Origin: a virus
Taxonomy: Duplodnaviria > Caudoviricetes
Virus record (IMG/VR): IMGVR_UViG_3300046780_000292
Coordinates: 1-57,007 of that record
Direction: 5' to 3' (one strand)
DNA: 57,007 nucleotides
A program made the position numbers and the translations under genes. The notes below the pieces were generated by a model. That model saw only the letters and a program-made list of their open reading frames with translations. It ran no database searches and was not told the DNA's origin. Below are positions 9,714 to 18,228 of this stretch, one piece after another (the first letter of the stretch is position 1; each line of letters begins with the position of its first letter).

Positions 9714-9872
9714 ATGGATCCCCTACGGGGAGGTTCGCTACCGGCCCGGCTTCAAGCCCGTGATCTCCACCGGGGCCTCCTCACTCCCGCGATGGTGCTG
9801 CGGTTCGACCGTAGGGGCCAGTCATATCCCCCAGGGGCTTACGCCCAGGGCGCTGGGAGAAGCTTTTCATGA

Positions 9873-10094
9873 TCAAAAACGTCGGGAGATGACGCTCTTG
9901 CTGGGCAGCCTATGGAACAGGTGACGCGGATCGTCCTGCCAGCCGAAGCAGGCCAGACACGACGATCCGGTCCAGGCGTCGGGAACACAACCGTGGACGG
10001 TGTCGGTCCCCGCGAGCGCGCCAACCTGGACGGTGGCGCCACCGGCGAGCCGCACGTAGCGGGCGGGCAACTCGACCTCAGCGACGGCGGTCAC
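9873..10094 (-). CDS. Hypothetical protein with CxxC
   Basis: 73 aa, GTGA overlap with the upstream gene, CLAC..W.DDPRH. Confidence 0.6.
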   Translation of the reverse strand: MTAVAEVELPARYVRLAGGATVQVGALAGTDTVHGCVPDAWTGSSCLACFGWQDDPRHLFHRLPSKSVISRRF

Positions 10095-10741
10095 CGGGGG
10101 TCCACGTGCTCGGAAGGGCAGGCGCCTTCTCCGAAATCAGGGTCGCCGAAGTTCGGGCAGCTCGGTTCCCGGCATTTAATGTCCGGATTCGCGGGGGTTT
10201 CGTCGGATCCTGCGGGGTGTTTCCCCGTGTTTTCTGGCACCCGTACCGGCGAGTAACTAGGCATGTGACCAGTGCAGCGCATCTCCGGCCACGAGCATGA
10301 GCCACCGTGCAGCCACTCCGCACCAGCGTCCAGGCCGAACAGCACCCCAGACACCTGCGGCACCTCCGAACCTCCGGCACCCCAGCGCAGGAAGTGCTCC
10401 ACCTCCCGGTCGAACTGCGCCCACGTCTCCGTACCGCCCGGGGCGTTCTCCCCGTGCATCCGCAAGTGCAGCGCGAACTCCAGCAGCCGGTGAGCCTCCT
10501 TGGCCGACTCGTGGTCGGCGGCCTGACGCGCGATCAGGTCAGCACGGTCACGGACAGCCCGGTCGAGGCGAGCGTTGACGCTGATCAGGGCTTTCTCGGC
10601 GTGCGCCTGCTTACGCTCGGCGCGTTCCTTGGCCATCGCCAGCTTGGCGAAGTCCATGTCGATGAAGGCGTCCATGGCGTCGCTGAGGCGCTTGCGGGCC
10701 TGCTCCTTCCAGTCGATGACGGACGGCTCGTCAGTGGTCAC
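10091..10741 (-). CDS. Hypothetical coiled-coil protein with a Cys/His C-terminus
   Basis: GTG start after GGAGG; 216 aa. Confidence 0.7.
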   Translation of the reverse strand: MTTDEPSVIDWKEQARKRLSDAMDAFIDMDFAKLAMAKERAERKQAHAEKALISVNARLDRAVRDRADLIARQAADHESAKEAHRLLEFALHLRMHGENAPGGTETWAQFDREVEHFLRWGAGGSEVPQVSGVLFGLDAGAEWLHGGSCSWPEMRCTGHMPSYSPVRVPENTGKHPAGSDETPANPDIKCREPSCPNFGDPDFGEGACPSEHVDPR

Positions 10742-10769
10742 AGCCCGGCCTCCTTCCGGTGGATGTCCC

Positions 10770-10916
10770 TCACCACAGCCCGGCCTCCTTCCGCTTGATG
10801 TCGTCCTCACGGTTCTTGTCGATGTAGGCCGAGACGACGGCCACCGTGACCGCCTCCACCAGGAAGGCGATAACAGGTAGCAGGATCAGGATCTGGAGCA
10901 GCAGGATCCAGCTCAC
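10770..10916 (-). CDS. Small membrane protein (48 aa)
   Basis: VSWILLLQILILLPVIAFLV...; GTGA coupling. Confidence 0.6.
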   Translation of the reverse strand: MSWILLLQILILLPVIAFLVEAVTVAVVSAYIDKNREDDIKRKEAGLW

Positions 10917-11128
10917 GCGAGCCTCCCCACGAGCAGCCGCACCGACATGGCCGCGTACCGCCTGGCCAGCCGGAACTTGCCCCGCTTCACCGAACGGGCA
11001 GCCGCGACCATCGGGCAGCAGTCCTCGGTGCTCTTCCCGTCACGGCGACCCGGGTAGACCGGCTTACGCCCGTGCTGCGGCTTCACCTTCTGCGGGTTCT
11101 TCGGCTTGCGGTTATGCGACGAGGACAT
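10913..11128 (-). CDS. Small basic protein
   Basis: 71 aa, K/R-rich, abuts the upstream stop. Confidence 0.65.
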   Translation of the reverse strand: MSSSHNRKPKNPQKVKPQHGRKPVYPGRRDGKSTEDCCPMVAAARSVKRGKFRLARRYAAMSVRLLVGRLA

Positions 11129-11269
11129 CTACTTGCCCTTCTTCGGCTTGATCGCCTTGACCTGCTTCTTGTCGCCGTACTTCGGCTTCTGCACCTTGCC
11201 GGGCGGCGTCGTCGACTTTCCGGCCTTGTCGACGGAGCTGTTCTTCAGCCCCCGATTCCACCAGGCCAC
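11129..11269 (-). CDS. Lys-rich microprotein (46 aa, MAWWNRGLKN...KPKKGK)
   Basis: Read manually; start overlaps the upstream TAG. Confidence 0.65.
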   Translation of the reverse strand: MAWWNRGLKNSSVDKAGKSTTPPGKVQKPKYGDKKQVKAIKPKKGK

Positions 11270-11397
11270 TACCGGTGTCCCTTCTTGGGGACGAAACGCT
11301 TGGCGAGGGTTGCCCGCTTGGCGGTGCCCTTCTTCTCCTTGCGTTTCATGGCGTCGGCGATGAGCTTCAGCACGTTCTTGGGCGGGTTCTTACCCAC
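11269..11397 (-). CDS. Lys/Arg-rich microprotein (42 aa, MGKNPPKNVLK...PKKGHR)
   Basis: GGAGG SD before the GTG at 11397. Confidence 0.65.
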   Translation of the reverse strand: MGKNPPKNVLKLIADAMKRKEKKGTAKRATLAKRFVPKKGHR

Positions 11398-11585
11398 TCT
11401 GACCTCCTTCTTTTGCGGTACGGCTGTAGGCTGCCAGACGACGACTCCACGCCGTGGCCTCGGGGGTGTCCCTAGGTGCCGTCTGGCAGCCCGCCCTAAG
11501 CCAGTCCACGTCTGGTCGACACCGGCTTCGGACAGCACGTGCAGGCGTCGTAGGACCGTCGTCCTGACCTGCTCGTGCATCAACG

Positions 11586-11645
11586 TGAGGACGGGAGGGC
11601 TCGAACCTCCGACCGAGCGCGCTCATCCCGTTGAGCTACGTCCCC
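11586..11645 (-). ncRNA. 60-nt tRNA-like RNA lacking the anticodon arm
   Basis: GGGGACG/CGTCCTC acceptor stem, GCTC-AACGGGAT-GAGC D arm, only GCGCTCGGTC as linker, GGAGG-TTCGAGC-CCTCC T arm. Confidence 0.75.
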
Positions 11646-11876
11646 TTGCGTGAGAGGCGGGGTCATGGACTCGCCCGCCTCTCACTCCCGTAGTGCTGGT
11701 CGGGATCGCCAATGCCCCCTCCAGCAATTCGCGGGTCGTGCACTCGCCTTTCCGAGCGGTCAGCACCTTTTGTTCCCGGTGCCGGAGAAGTGCCATCCCC
11801 GCCCCGTACGTCGTGCCGGGTTGCAGTTTCCCGCTTGGTCCCGGTCCCCTCACGTACGAACGCGGTGGTCACCTCG

Positions 11877-11950
11877 TGATGCTGGACGGAGTCGAACCGC
11901 CGACCTCACGCCCGCGGGGGGCGTGCTCTCTGCCACTGAGCTACAGCATC
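11877..11950 (-). ncRNA. tRNA-like RNA with a degenerate C-rich anticodon loop
   Basis: GATGCTG/CAGCATC acceptor stem, D arm, GGCGG-TTCGACT-CCGTC T arm; anticodon region ACGCCCCCCGCGGGCGT has no U33. Confidence 0.7.
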
Positions 11951-12041
11951 CATCCCTTGCTCAGGGGGATGGCGTCGGTTAGCGGCGAGGTGAGCATCGG
12001 TCCACGCGACAACGCGCGGCCGTCCTCGTCGTTCCTTCGCG

Positions 12042-12115
12042 AGGGGAGAGCAGGACTTGAACCTGCACACACCGGGCTATGTTCCCGGCGCCTCTACCAG
12101 TTGGGCTATCTCCCC
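12042..12115 (-). tRNA. tRNA(CAT)-like RNA with non-canonical A32/A33
   Basis: GGGGAGA/TCTCCCC acceptor stem; CCGGG-AACATAG-CCCGG anticodon arm; GCAGG-TTCAAGT-CCTGC T arm. Confidence 0.7.
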
Positions 12116-12313
12116 GGGTGCCCGTCTTTCCGGGCTGTCATCCGGGTGCATCAGGCCCGGAGGTGGCGAGCGGTCCCGCCTCATGCGGTGGTGCATCAGG
12201 GGTACTTCGGGGTTCGTCTCCCTCGGTTGCCCCTGCTTGCCCGATTTTCGTCTCCGTCAACGCCACGGCTGGCGTGCACAACTAGCTCACGGGCTTTTGC
12301 TGGTCTTGGTGGG

Positions 12314-12553
12314 CTACTGCTCGTCCCAGGGGGTTTCGGGCGGCACCTCAGTCGTCTCGACCTGGGCGGCGTCGGGCAGGGAGTTGTACGGGTCGTGGAT
12401 GCGCTTGGTGGCGGTGGTGGCGACCTTCACCGGGACCAGGCGGACGACGCCTGTGTTGTCGTTGCGCGTGGCCGTGTAGTGCGCGCCGGGCGGGACGATG
12501 CCTCCGAGGTTGATGAGGCCGTTGTCGTCGGCCACGTGCAGCGTCAGTTCCAC
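12314..12553 (-). CDS. Hypothetical protein
   Basis: 79 aa, GAGGAG SD. Confidence 0.7.
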   Translation of the reverse strand: MELTLHVADDNGLINLGGIVPPGAHYTATRNDNTGVVRLVPVKVATTATKRIHDPYNSLPDAAQVETTEVPPETPWDEQ

Positions 12554-12702
12554 AGGGGTTCTCCTCAGGGTGCGGATATCTCGGGCGGTGACGGAGGGGA
12601 CCGGTCCGACGGCCCTCCTTGAGCGCCTACGGGGGCATGCGCTCAGGTTGACAGACCGAAGGAGGTGTGAGGCCTTACCGGCCCCCTCCGTCTACTGTGA
12701 CC

Positions 12703-13056
12703 CTACACCATCCGCACGGGGATCTCAGCCTCGCGTACAGGTGGCGTTTGCGGGTCACGCCGGGCCAGGATCTCGGCCCGGAGGTGGGTGAACAGGTTGT
12801 CCCAGTCGCAGTCGGCGGGGGTGCCGTCGAAGGCGAGGTGGGCAGTGCTGGCGGCGAGCAGGCCGACGAGCCAGGCCCGGTCGGAGTTGGTGGCGGCGTT
12901 CTCACCCATCAGGGTGTCAGCCATGGGGCTGCGGTACCAGGGGGTGCTGACGCCGCTGAAGTAGTTCAGGTACGTCTCCTGGTCGAGGGTGTCGAGGCGC
13001 AGCGCCATCAACCGCGCGTCACGGCGGTTGATGGTGTCGGCGATTCCGGCGTCCAT
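12703..13056 (-). CDS. Hypothetical protein (MDAGIADT..., 117 aa)
   Basis: GGAGG SD, TGATG coupling. Confidence 0.7.
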   Translation of the reverse strand: MDAGIADTINRRDARLMALRLDTLDQETYLNYFSGVSTPWYRSPMADTLMGENAATNSDRAWLVGLLAASTAHLAFDGTPADCDWDNLFTHLRAEILARRDPQTPPVREAEIPVRMV

Positions 13057-13217
13057 CAGGACCTCCGGGCGCGGCTGGGGCGGCGAACCTCGCCGGTGCA
13101 GTCGGGCATGTGGGCCTGGATCTTCAGGACTCCGCAGCACGCGCGCCTGTCCTCGGGGGACGAGAGCGCTATGACGGGAGTGAAGGGCCGACGGTCCTCG
13201 GCGATTCCGGTGTCCAT
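13056..13217 (-). CDS. Hypothetical 53-aa protein (MDTGIAED...)
   Basis: TGATG coupling at both ends; read manually. Confidence 0.55.
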   Translation of the reverse strand: MDTGIAEDRRPFTPVIALSSPEDRRACCGVLKIQAHMPDCTGEVRRPSRARRS

Positions 13218-13396
13218 CAGCCGACCACCTTCGCGAGCTGGTGGCGGGAGACGCGCTCGGCGGTGTCGGAGCCGTCGAAGACGACCCAGACGGTGTCGGC
13301 ATCTCCGGCGGGTACGCCGTTGAAGGTGTCGCCGTGGAAGGTGCCGTACTGGTTGCGGCGGCGGTGGCGGATCTGGTCGCCGGTGGTGAGTCGCAT
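13217..13396 (-). CDS. Small hypothetical protein (59 aa)
   Basis: GGAGG SD; upstream TTGACA-17-TAACGT promoter. Confidence 0.65.
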   Translation of the reverse strand: MRLTTGDQIRHRRRNQYGTFHGDTFNGVPAGDADTVWVVFDGSDTAERVSRHQLAKVVG

Positions 13397-13427
13397 GCCT
13401 GCCTCCTTGTTCGATCTGTCGTGTTCC

Positions 13428-13515
13428 ACGTTAGTCGCCGTGGCGGCCTCTGTCAACCCCCGATCTACAGGCGCGTAGGTTTCCGCTTGACATCTGCGGA
13501 TCATCGGTCACGCTG
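13428..13515. promoter_or_regulatory. Divergent sigma70-type promoter pair
   Basis: Minus: TTGACA-17-TAACGT. Plus: TTGACA-16-CACGCT. Confidence 0.5.
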
Positions 13516-13554
13516 GAAGTGGACATACCGACTGAAGTCGCGGGAGGGCGCGAG

Positions 13555-13815
13555 ATGGAGACGCTGGAGAAGGACACGATCGAACGGCCGGTCATCGACT
13601 CGTGGCGGCGTACGCCGTCGGCGGATCAGGTGCGGTACGCCACCGACCTGTGCCGCTCTGAGCTGCCGTACGCCGAGCGCGTGCGGACCATCGCCACCTT
13701 CGGCGCCCTGGACTCGGCCGCCATCTCCGAACTGATCGACGAGCTGGCCGCAGTGCGAGCGAAGCGGATGAGGCGGCTCCGGCGGATGCACCGCTCGCGG
13801 CGTTACGCGCGTTGA
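13555..13815 (+). CDS. Hypothetical protein (86 aa)
   Basis: GGAGG SD, own promoter and terminator. Confidence 0.7.
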   Translation: METLEKDTIERPVIDSWRRTPSADQVRYATDLCRSELPYAERVRTIATFGALDSAAISELIDELAAVRAKRMRRLRRMHRSRRYAR

Positions 13816-13849
13816 GGTACGGTCGACAAGCTCTGTCGACGAGCGCAGG

Positions 13850-13886
13850 AGGCCCGGCCCTACCCCCGTGGGGACCGGGCCTTTCT
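13850..13886 (+). terminator. Rho-independent terminator
   Basis: AGGCCCGG...CCGGGCCT hairpin followed by a short T run. Confidence 0.55.
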
Positions 13887-14068
13887 GTGCCCGGACACGG
13901 GAACGCCCCGGGCCCTGCCGCTCTGCCCGGAGTTGCACCGTGGCCGCGTTGCGGGGTAGCCGGGGCGTCTTTAGGTGCGCAGCACTGCCGCGCTTTCACC
14001 CGTTGTGCCGAACTAATGACGGGGCTTCCGTGGATGGGAGCCAGGCGCCACAGCCGATCGGGGGCAGT

Positions 14069-15487
14069 CTAGTACGGGGAGCTGACCGGCATGAAGCTGT
14101 CGAGGGCCGGGGCTGCGATGCGGATCAGCTTCGACTCTCCGCCCAGCAGGTACAGCTCGGCCTGCACGAGGGCGTCGATCCGGTCGGGGCTTTCCGCCTC
14201 ACCTGGTACCCAGGTGCATTGCTGGTCCTCCAGCTCGACGAACGTGCCGACGTGGTGGATGCGGCCTTGCTCGTAGCGGGCGGCGACCGGTTCGGCGCGC
14301 AGGCGTTTACCGGCGAGGCTGGTGACTTCCTTGATGGGTGCAGGGCCGGGCGGGAACAGTCCGGCGGCCTGCATCGTCTTGTAGGCGTCGGACAGGACGG
14401 TGGTCAGCCACTTCTTGCCCATGTTGGTTTCGACGACCAGCCAGGTGGCGCCGTGGGTGAGGAACACTTCCCAGGCGAGGCGGGCGGCGGGGGCTCCGAC
14501 GATCTTGCGGCTGAAGTCGGCGAGGACGTAGCCCTGTTCCTGGTAGTCGTGGGCGTAGACGATCAGGCCGGTTTCGTCGCTGGAGCCGGAGGCGCCGGGG
14601 TCGATGGAGACGACGGTCTGTTTGAGGGCGGGCAGCTCGGACGGCTTTATGCGATTGTTTTCGATCATGGGGCGCTTCCACAGCGCACCCTCGATGTCCT
14701 CCAGCAACTGCCCGTACAGCTCCTGGAGCCCGGCCCGGGTGCCCTCGTAGATCTTGCGCATTTCCTCGACGACTTCGCGGGAAAGGTTCGCGATGTTGTC
14801 AAACAGGGAGCCGGTGGTGATGACGATCGTGCCGTCGGTTTCGTGCTGCCACTTGATCAGCAGCTTGATGGGCTTCGGGGTGGTGGTGACCACGGCGCGG
14901 GGGCGGTCGCCGATCAGCGGGGCGCGCAGCGACGGCAAGATGCCCTCGTACCAGGCGTCGTACGTGTAGCGCCACTTGGCCAGCTCGTCCAGCCACGCCC
15001 CGGCGGCGTTGTAGCCACGGCCCACGTCGGAGTTGTCGGCGCCCTCGAAGTAGATGAGCTGCCCGGTCTTCAGCTCGATCATCAGCTTCGGGGACTTGCG
15101 GTACTCGAAGTCCTTGCCCTTTTCGTAGCCCATCCGGCGCAGCACGGACAGCAGGCCGGAGTTTCCCTCGATGCAGGCGGTGCGGCAGTCGTTGAGGGTT
15201 TCGGCAATGACCAGCCATTCGGTGCGCTGCCCAAAAGCGTCCACGGGGTGCTTGAAGACGCGGTCGAGGAGGTCCTCAGCACCGGTGCGCGTTTTCCCCC
15301 AGCCTCGGCCGGAGCGGATGAGCCAGACCAGCCAGTCGCCGGGCGGCTTGAACTGCTCGGGACGACCGACCCACCACCAGGCGCCTTTCTGGATCTGGTC
15401 CAGGGTGTCGGGGGTCTGCTGCTTGAGCCAGTTGCGGCGCAGTTGCGGCGGCAGCAGGGCGAGCTTCTGGGCGGCGGACAGACTCAT
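14069..15487 (-). CDS. terL: Terminase large subunit
   Basis: GRGWGKTR Walker A, WLDELA Walker B, IDPG...DETG and SPDRIDA nuclease motifs. Confidence 0.95.
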   Translation of the reverse strand: MSLSAAQKLALLPPQLRRNWLKQQTPDTLDQIQKGAWWWVGRPEQFKPPGDWLVWLIRSGRGWGKTRTGAEDLLDRVFKHPVDAFGQRTEWLVIAETLNDCRTACIEGNSGLLSVLRRMGYEKGKDFEYRKSPKLMIELKTGQLIYFEGADNSDVGRGYNAAGAWLDELAKWRYTYDAWYEGILPSLRAPLIGDRPRAVVTTTPKPIKLLIKWQHETDGTIVITTGSLFDNIANLSREVVEEMRKIYEGTRAGLQELYGQLLEDIEGALWKRPMIENNRIKPSELPALKQTVVSIDPGASGSSDETGLIVYAHDYQEQGYVLADFSRKIVGAPAARLAWEVFLTHGATWLVVETNMGKKWLTTVLSDAYKTMQAAGLFPPGPAPIKEVTSLAGKRLRAEPVAARYEQGRIHHVGTFVELEDQQCTWVPGEAESPDRIDALVQAELYLLGGESKLIRIAAPALDSFMPVSSPY

Positions 15488-15496
15488 GATCGAAAA

Positions 15497-16393
15497 CTAC
15501 GCGGAGAGGCCGGGGAGCTGGGATTCCTTGACGAGACGCTGCACGCCGGTAATCCCCTTTGCGGTGAAGTACGGGGACCAGGTCCAGCCCCGGCCGTTGG
15601 ACCACTCGGTAAGGCGGGCGTGGCCCCAGCCCTGGTCGATGTACCGCTGATAAATCTTGTGGCCGCCGGTCTGGTGATCGGCATAGATGACTCCGAGGTC
15701 CCGCAAGGTGCGGAAGAAAACGATGTGGCCGAAGCCGCAGAGCTGGGCAGCCTCCTTGCCGGTGTAGGACGTCTTGGTATCCGTCAGGGGCGTGATGGCC
15801 TCAACATCCGCCACCCGGCTGCGCACCTGGTCGATCTCTTCGGCCGCCTGGCGAGCCTGGGCGGCGATGCGGCCCATCTCCTCACCATGCTGCTTCATAG
15901 CGGCGGCGTGCTGGGTGATCTGCTGCTGATGCATGTCCTGCACAACACGCTGACGCTCCTGCTCGCGGCGCAGATTCTGGATCTGCTGCAACGACTTCAT
16001 CATGACCTGAAGGTCGTCGTCCCAGGCATCCACCAACTCGGCCTTGCGGGTCTGCACGGCAAAGTACGTCTTGGCCCCGGCGATCTCCGGCTTGCTCGGG
16101 TCACCCTCCATGGCCACCAGGTACGCAGCGTAACGAGTGAGCCGGACGTCCGGGACCTTGTGCCGAGACGGATTATTTTTAACGGTGCCGCTGAAATTGC
16201 TGGTCACGTCCTGCGCAGAGGTGGCGCAGGACAGCTTGGCGGCATCGATAACCCTCGAAAAGCGCTGCCACGTAGAGTAGCCGTAGAGGGGCATCAGTTC
16301 GCGGGCGCTCCACCACTCGCCGAACTCATCGACCTTCTTGAGCTGGTCGAACGGGGAGCCCTGAGCCATGCCGGATACGGGAGCAATAGTCAT
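15497..16393 (-). CDS. Antirepressor: DinD/Bro-like N-terminal domain plus KilAC/ANT C-terminal domain
   Basis: WSARELMP..GY..W..F, LTRYAAYLVAM.GDP.KPE.A.AK.YFA, YQRYIDQG..TAKG. The start may be 16402. Confidence 0.8.
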   Translation of the reverse strand: MTIAPVSGMAQGSPFDQLKKVDEFGEWWSARELMPLYGYSTWQRFSRVIDAAKLSCATSAQDVTSNFSGTVKNNPSRHKVPDVRLTRYAAYLVAMEGDPSKPEIAGAKTYFAVQTRKAELVDAWDDDLQVMMKSLQQIQNLRREQERQRVVQDMHQQQITQHAAAMKQHGEEMGRIAAQARQAAEEIDQVRSRVADVEAITPLTDTKTSYTGKEAAQLCGFGHIVFFRTLRDLGVIYADHQTGGHKIYQRYIDQGWGHARLTEWSNGRGWTWSPYFTAKGITGVQRLVKESQLPGLSA

Positions 16394-16485
16394 GCGCGGC
16401 ATGCTACCGCAGCGCGGCAACGCCTTGCGCGGTGCCCGGGGGTCGCCCATCCGCCCGGCAGGGCGACCCCCGGCCGCGCGCGCCT

Positions 16486-17223
16486 TCACGACGGAGGAGG
16501 TGTCGGAAGGGCGGCGTCCAGTTCGCGAGTCGCCTCCTCGGCGCTCGCGGTCAACTCTTCGTACCCGGCGGCGATCTGCTCCGGGCTCATTCGCTTCACC
16601 AGCTCGTCGAGTCCGGCCATGATCTGGTCGTGGCGCACGCCGACCTCCACGCGCAGCGACGGCTGACCGGCCTCGTCGGCGGAGGTGGACGCGGCGACGG
16701 TGACGGAGGTCTGGGCGGTGCTGGCGCCCTTGTTGAGGGTTTCCAGGCCCAGGGCGGCGCGTTCGATCTTCGCAGCCGTGTCGATCATCAGGATCAGGGC
16801 GTGCGGGGAGATGTCCTTGACGTTCAGGGTTTCCAGCCGGGCCATGGCCTTGGTCAGCATCGTCCCGGCGATCTTGGCGTGCCGCCTGGCCATCTCCTCG
16901 CGGGCGTCGTGCAGCCGAATCGCCTGGATGCGGTCCTGCTCGGCGTCCCATAGTCCGGCGCGCTCGGACCACAGGTTGAAGCGGGCGATGCGGCTCATGA
17001 CGCCGTACGTGATCGGGGACAGCTCGGCGACCTGGCGGATAGTGCGGATGCGGCCGAAGTCGCGGTACATCGTGAAGAACCCGTGGTTGCGGGCCGACTC
17101 GTTCGGCTGCCGCTCCCACGGGTCCAGGTTCGGGTCGTACTCCAGCTTCTTACGCTCCAGAGCGTTGAGCACCTCAGGGTCGCGAGAGTGGTCGTTCGTC
17201 TTGCCGTTCTTACGCTGCCGCAT
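16486..17223 (-). CDS. terS: Probable terminase small subunit
   Basis: PWERQPNES..F..YRD.G..R, W.ERA..WD motifs; upstream of terL; GGAGG SD. Confidence 0.75.
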   Translation of the reverse strand: MRQRKNGKTNDHSRDPEVLNALERKKLEYDPNLDPWERQPNESARNHGFFTMYRDFGRIRTIRQVAELSPITYGVMSRIARFNLWSERAGLWDAEQDRIQAIRLHDAREEMARRHAKIAGTMLTKAMARLETLNVKDISPHALILMIDTAAKIERAALGLETLNKGASTAQTSVTVAASTSADEAGQPSLRVEVGVRHDQIMAGLDELVKRMSPEQIAAGYEELTASAEEATRELDAALPTPPPS

Positions 17224-17248
17224 GGTCCTCCTCCTTGCGAGGACCAGC

Positions 17249-17644
17249 CTACAGACCGGGGAAGAGATCACCGGGGTCGAAGCCGGAGTACAGCACCAGC
17301 AGGTCCGCGCCCTCGGCCCATTCGTCGGCGGCCTCAGCCATGAGCGGCGGGATTTCCTCGGCGGGCACCCGGCGGCCTCGGATGGCGCGCAGGTATTCGT
17401 CCTGGAAGATCGGCGGGCGGAAGACGAGGGCGTCGGTGCGGCCCCGGTCGGTGACCGTCTCGCCGCGCCACTCGTACAGGTAGGCGGAGAACCCCCAGGG
17501 GAACCAGCCGGACCAGACGATCTGTACGGGGGCGGTGGTGTCTGGCGGGACGAAGGCGGCGGCTTCGCCGTCGAACGGTCCGCCGCGCAGCACGATGCGG
17601 GCCTGGTTGTCGGACGGGGTATGTGGCCACGCCCAGTTCGCCAT
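17249..17644 (-). CDS. Hypothetical protein
   Basis: 131 aa, L.GGP.DG motif. Confidence 0.65.
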   Translation of the reverse strand: MANWAWPHTPSDNQARIVLRGGPFDGEAAAFVPPDTTAPVQIVWSGWFPWGFSAYLYEWRGETVTDRGRTDALVFRPPIFQDEYLRAIRGRRVPAEEIPPLMAEAADEWAEGADLLVLYSGFDPGDLFPGL

Positions 17645-17917
17645 CTATCCGTCCTCGTTTTCGATCTTGGGGATGAGCGCCCAGCGCAGGCCGAGCGTCT
17701 CGGCGATGGCGAACAGCTTCGACGCGCCCGGCTCGTGCTTGCCGTTGAGCCATTCGCTGAGCTGCCCGCCGGACACGCCAGGGGTAAGGGCGGCCAGTTC
17801 GGCGCAGGTCAGGGCCTGATCGTGGCGGACGTTGTCCAGGAAGGCCAGGGCATACGGCAGGTCGGGAATGAGGATCGGTTCACCGGCCGCAGCCGGTCCA
17901 TCGGCAGGGGTCTGCAC
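17645..17917 (-). CDS. XRE-family HTH DNA-binding protein
   Basis: LTCAELAA..GVS..QLSEWLNGKHEP; GTG start after GGAG. Confidence 0.75.
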   Translation of the reverse strand: MQTPADGPAAAGEPILIPDLPYALAFLDNVRHDQALTCAELAALTPGVSGGQLSEWLNGKHEPGASKLFAIAETLGLRWALIPKIENEDG

Positions 17918-18227
17918 GGAAGATCTCCTCGTAGGTGTCGGCGTGGTGTTCCTCGTAGAAGGCCCACTGCTTGGCCCCGCCCTCGTGGCCGCAGTGCGAG
18001 CGGACCCACCAGGCGAATGAGTCGTCGCGGGGTAGCCGCTGGTCGGCGGGCCACTGGCCGTCCGGCATCGGCCGTTTGATCCAGATGGTCCCGGACGGGG
18101 CGGCCCGGCCCCCGCGTGCCAGCCAGACGTTCGGCGTGGGGCACGGGGAGCCGGGCTCATGCTTGAACTTGCACTTGTCGCACGACCAGCGGGCCGACGC
18201 GTGGACCTGCGGGGTGCGACTGGGCAT
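17880..18227 (-). CDS. Hypothetical Cys/His protein
   Basis: 115 aa, CxxCxxxH...C. Confidence 0.6.
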   Translation of the reverse strand: MPSRTPQVHASARWSCDKCKFKHEPGSPCPTPNVWLARGGRAAPSGTIWIKRPMPDGQWPADQRLPRDDSFAWWVRSHCGHEGGAKQWAFYEEHHADTYEEIFRADPCRWTGCGR

Positions 18228-18228
18228 C

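Noticed and set aside
9641-12115. tRNA-like elements as integration (attP) sites or as ordinary codon-supplementing tRNAs
   Set aside because: I found no integrase, and the anticodon loops lack U33 or are missing altogether.
11693-12622. 309-aa plus ORF and small ORFs over the RNA cassette
   Set aside because: No SD or codon bias; they run antisense through the tRNA-like structures.
13868-16666. 932-aa plus ORF
   Set aside because: Antisense shadow of terL and the antirepressor.
15497-17119. 540-aa version of the antirepressor ORF (and similar long N-terminal extensions at 19011, 27220, 27489, 29803, 48852)
   Set aside because: The extensions overlap real upstream genes in another frame; downstream starts with an SD or translational coupling fit better.
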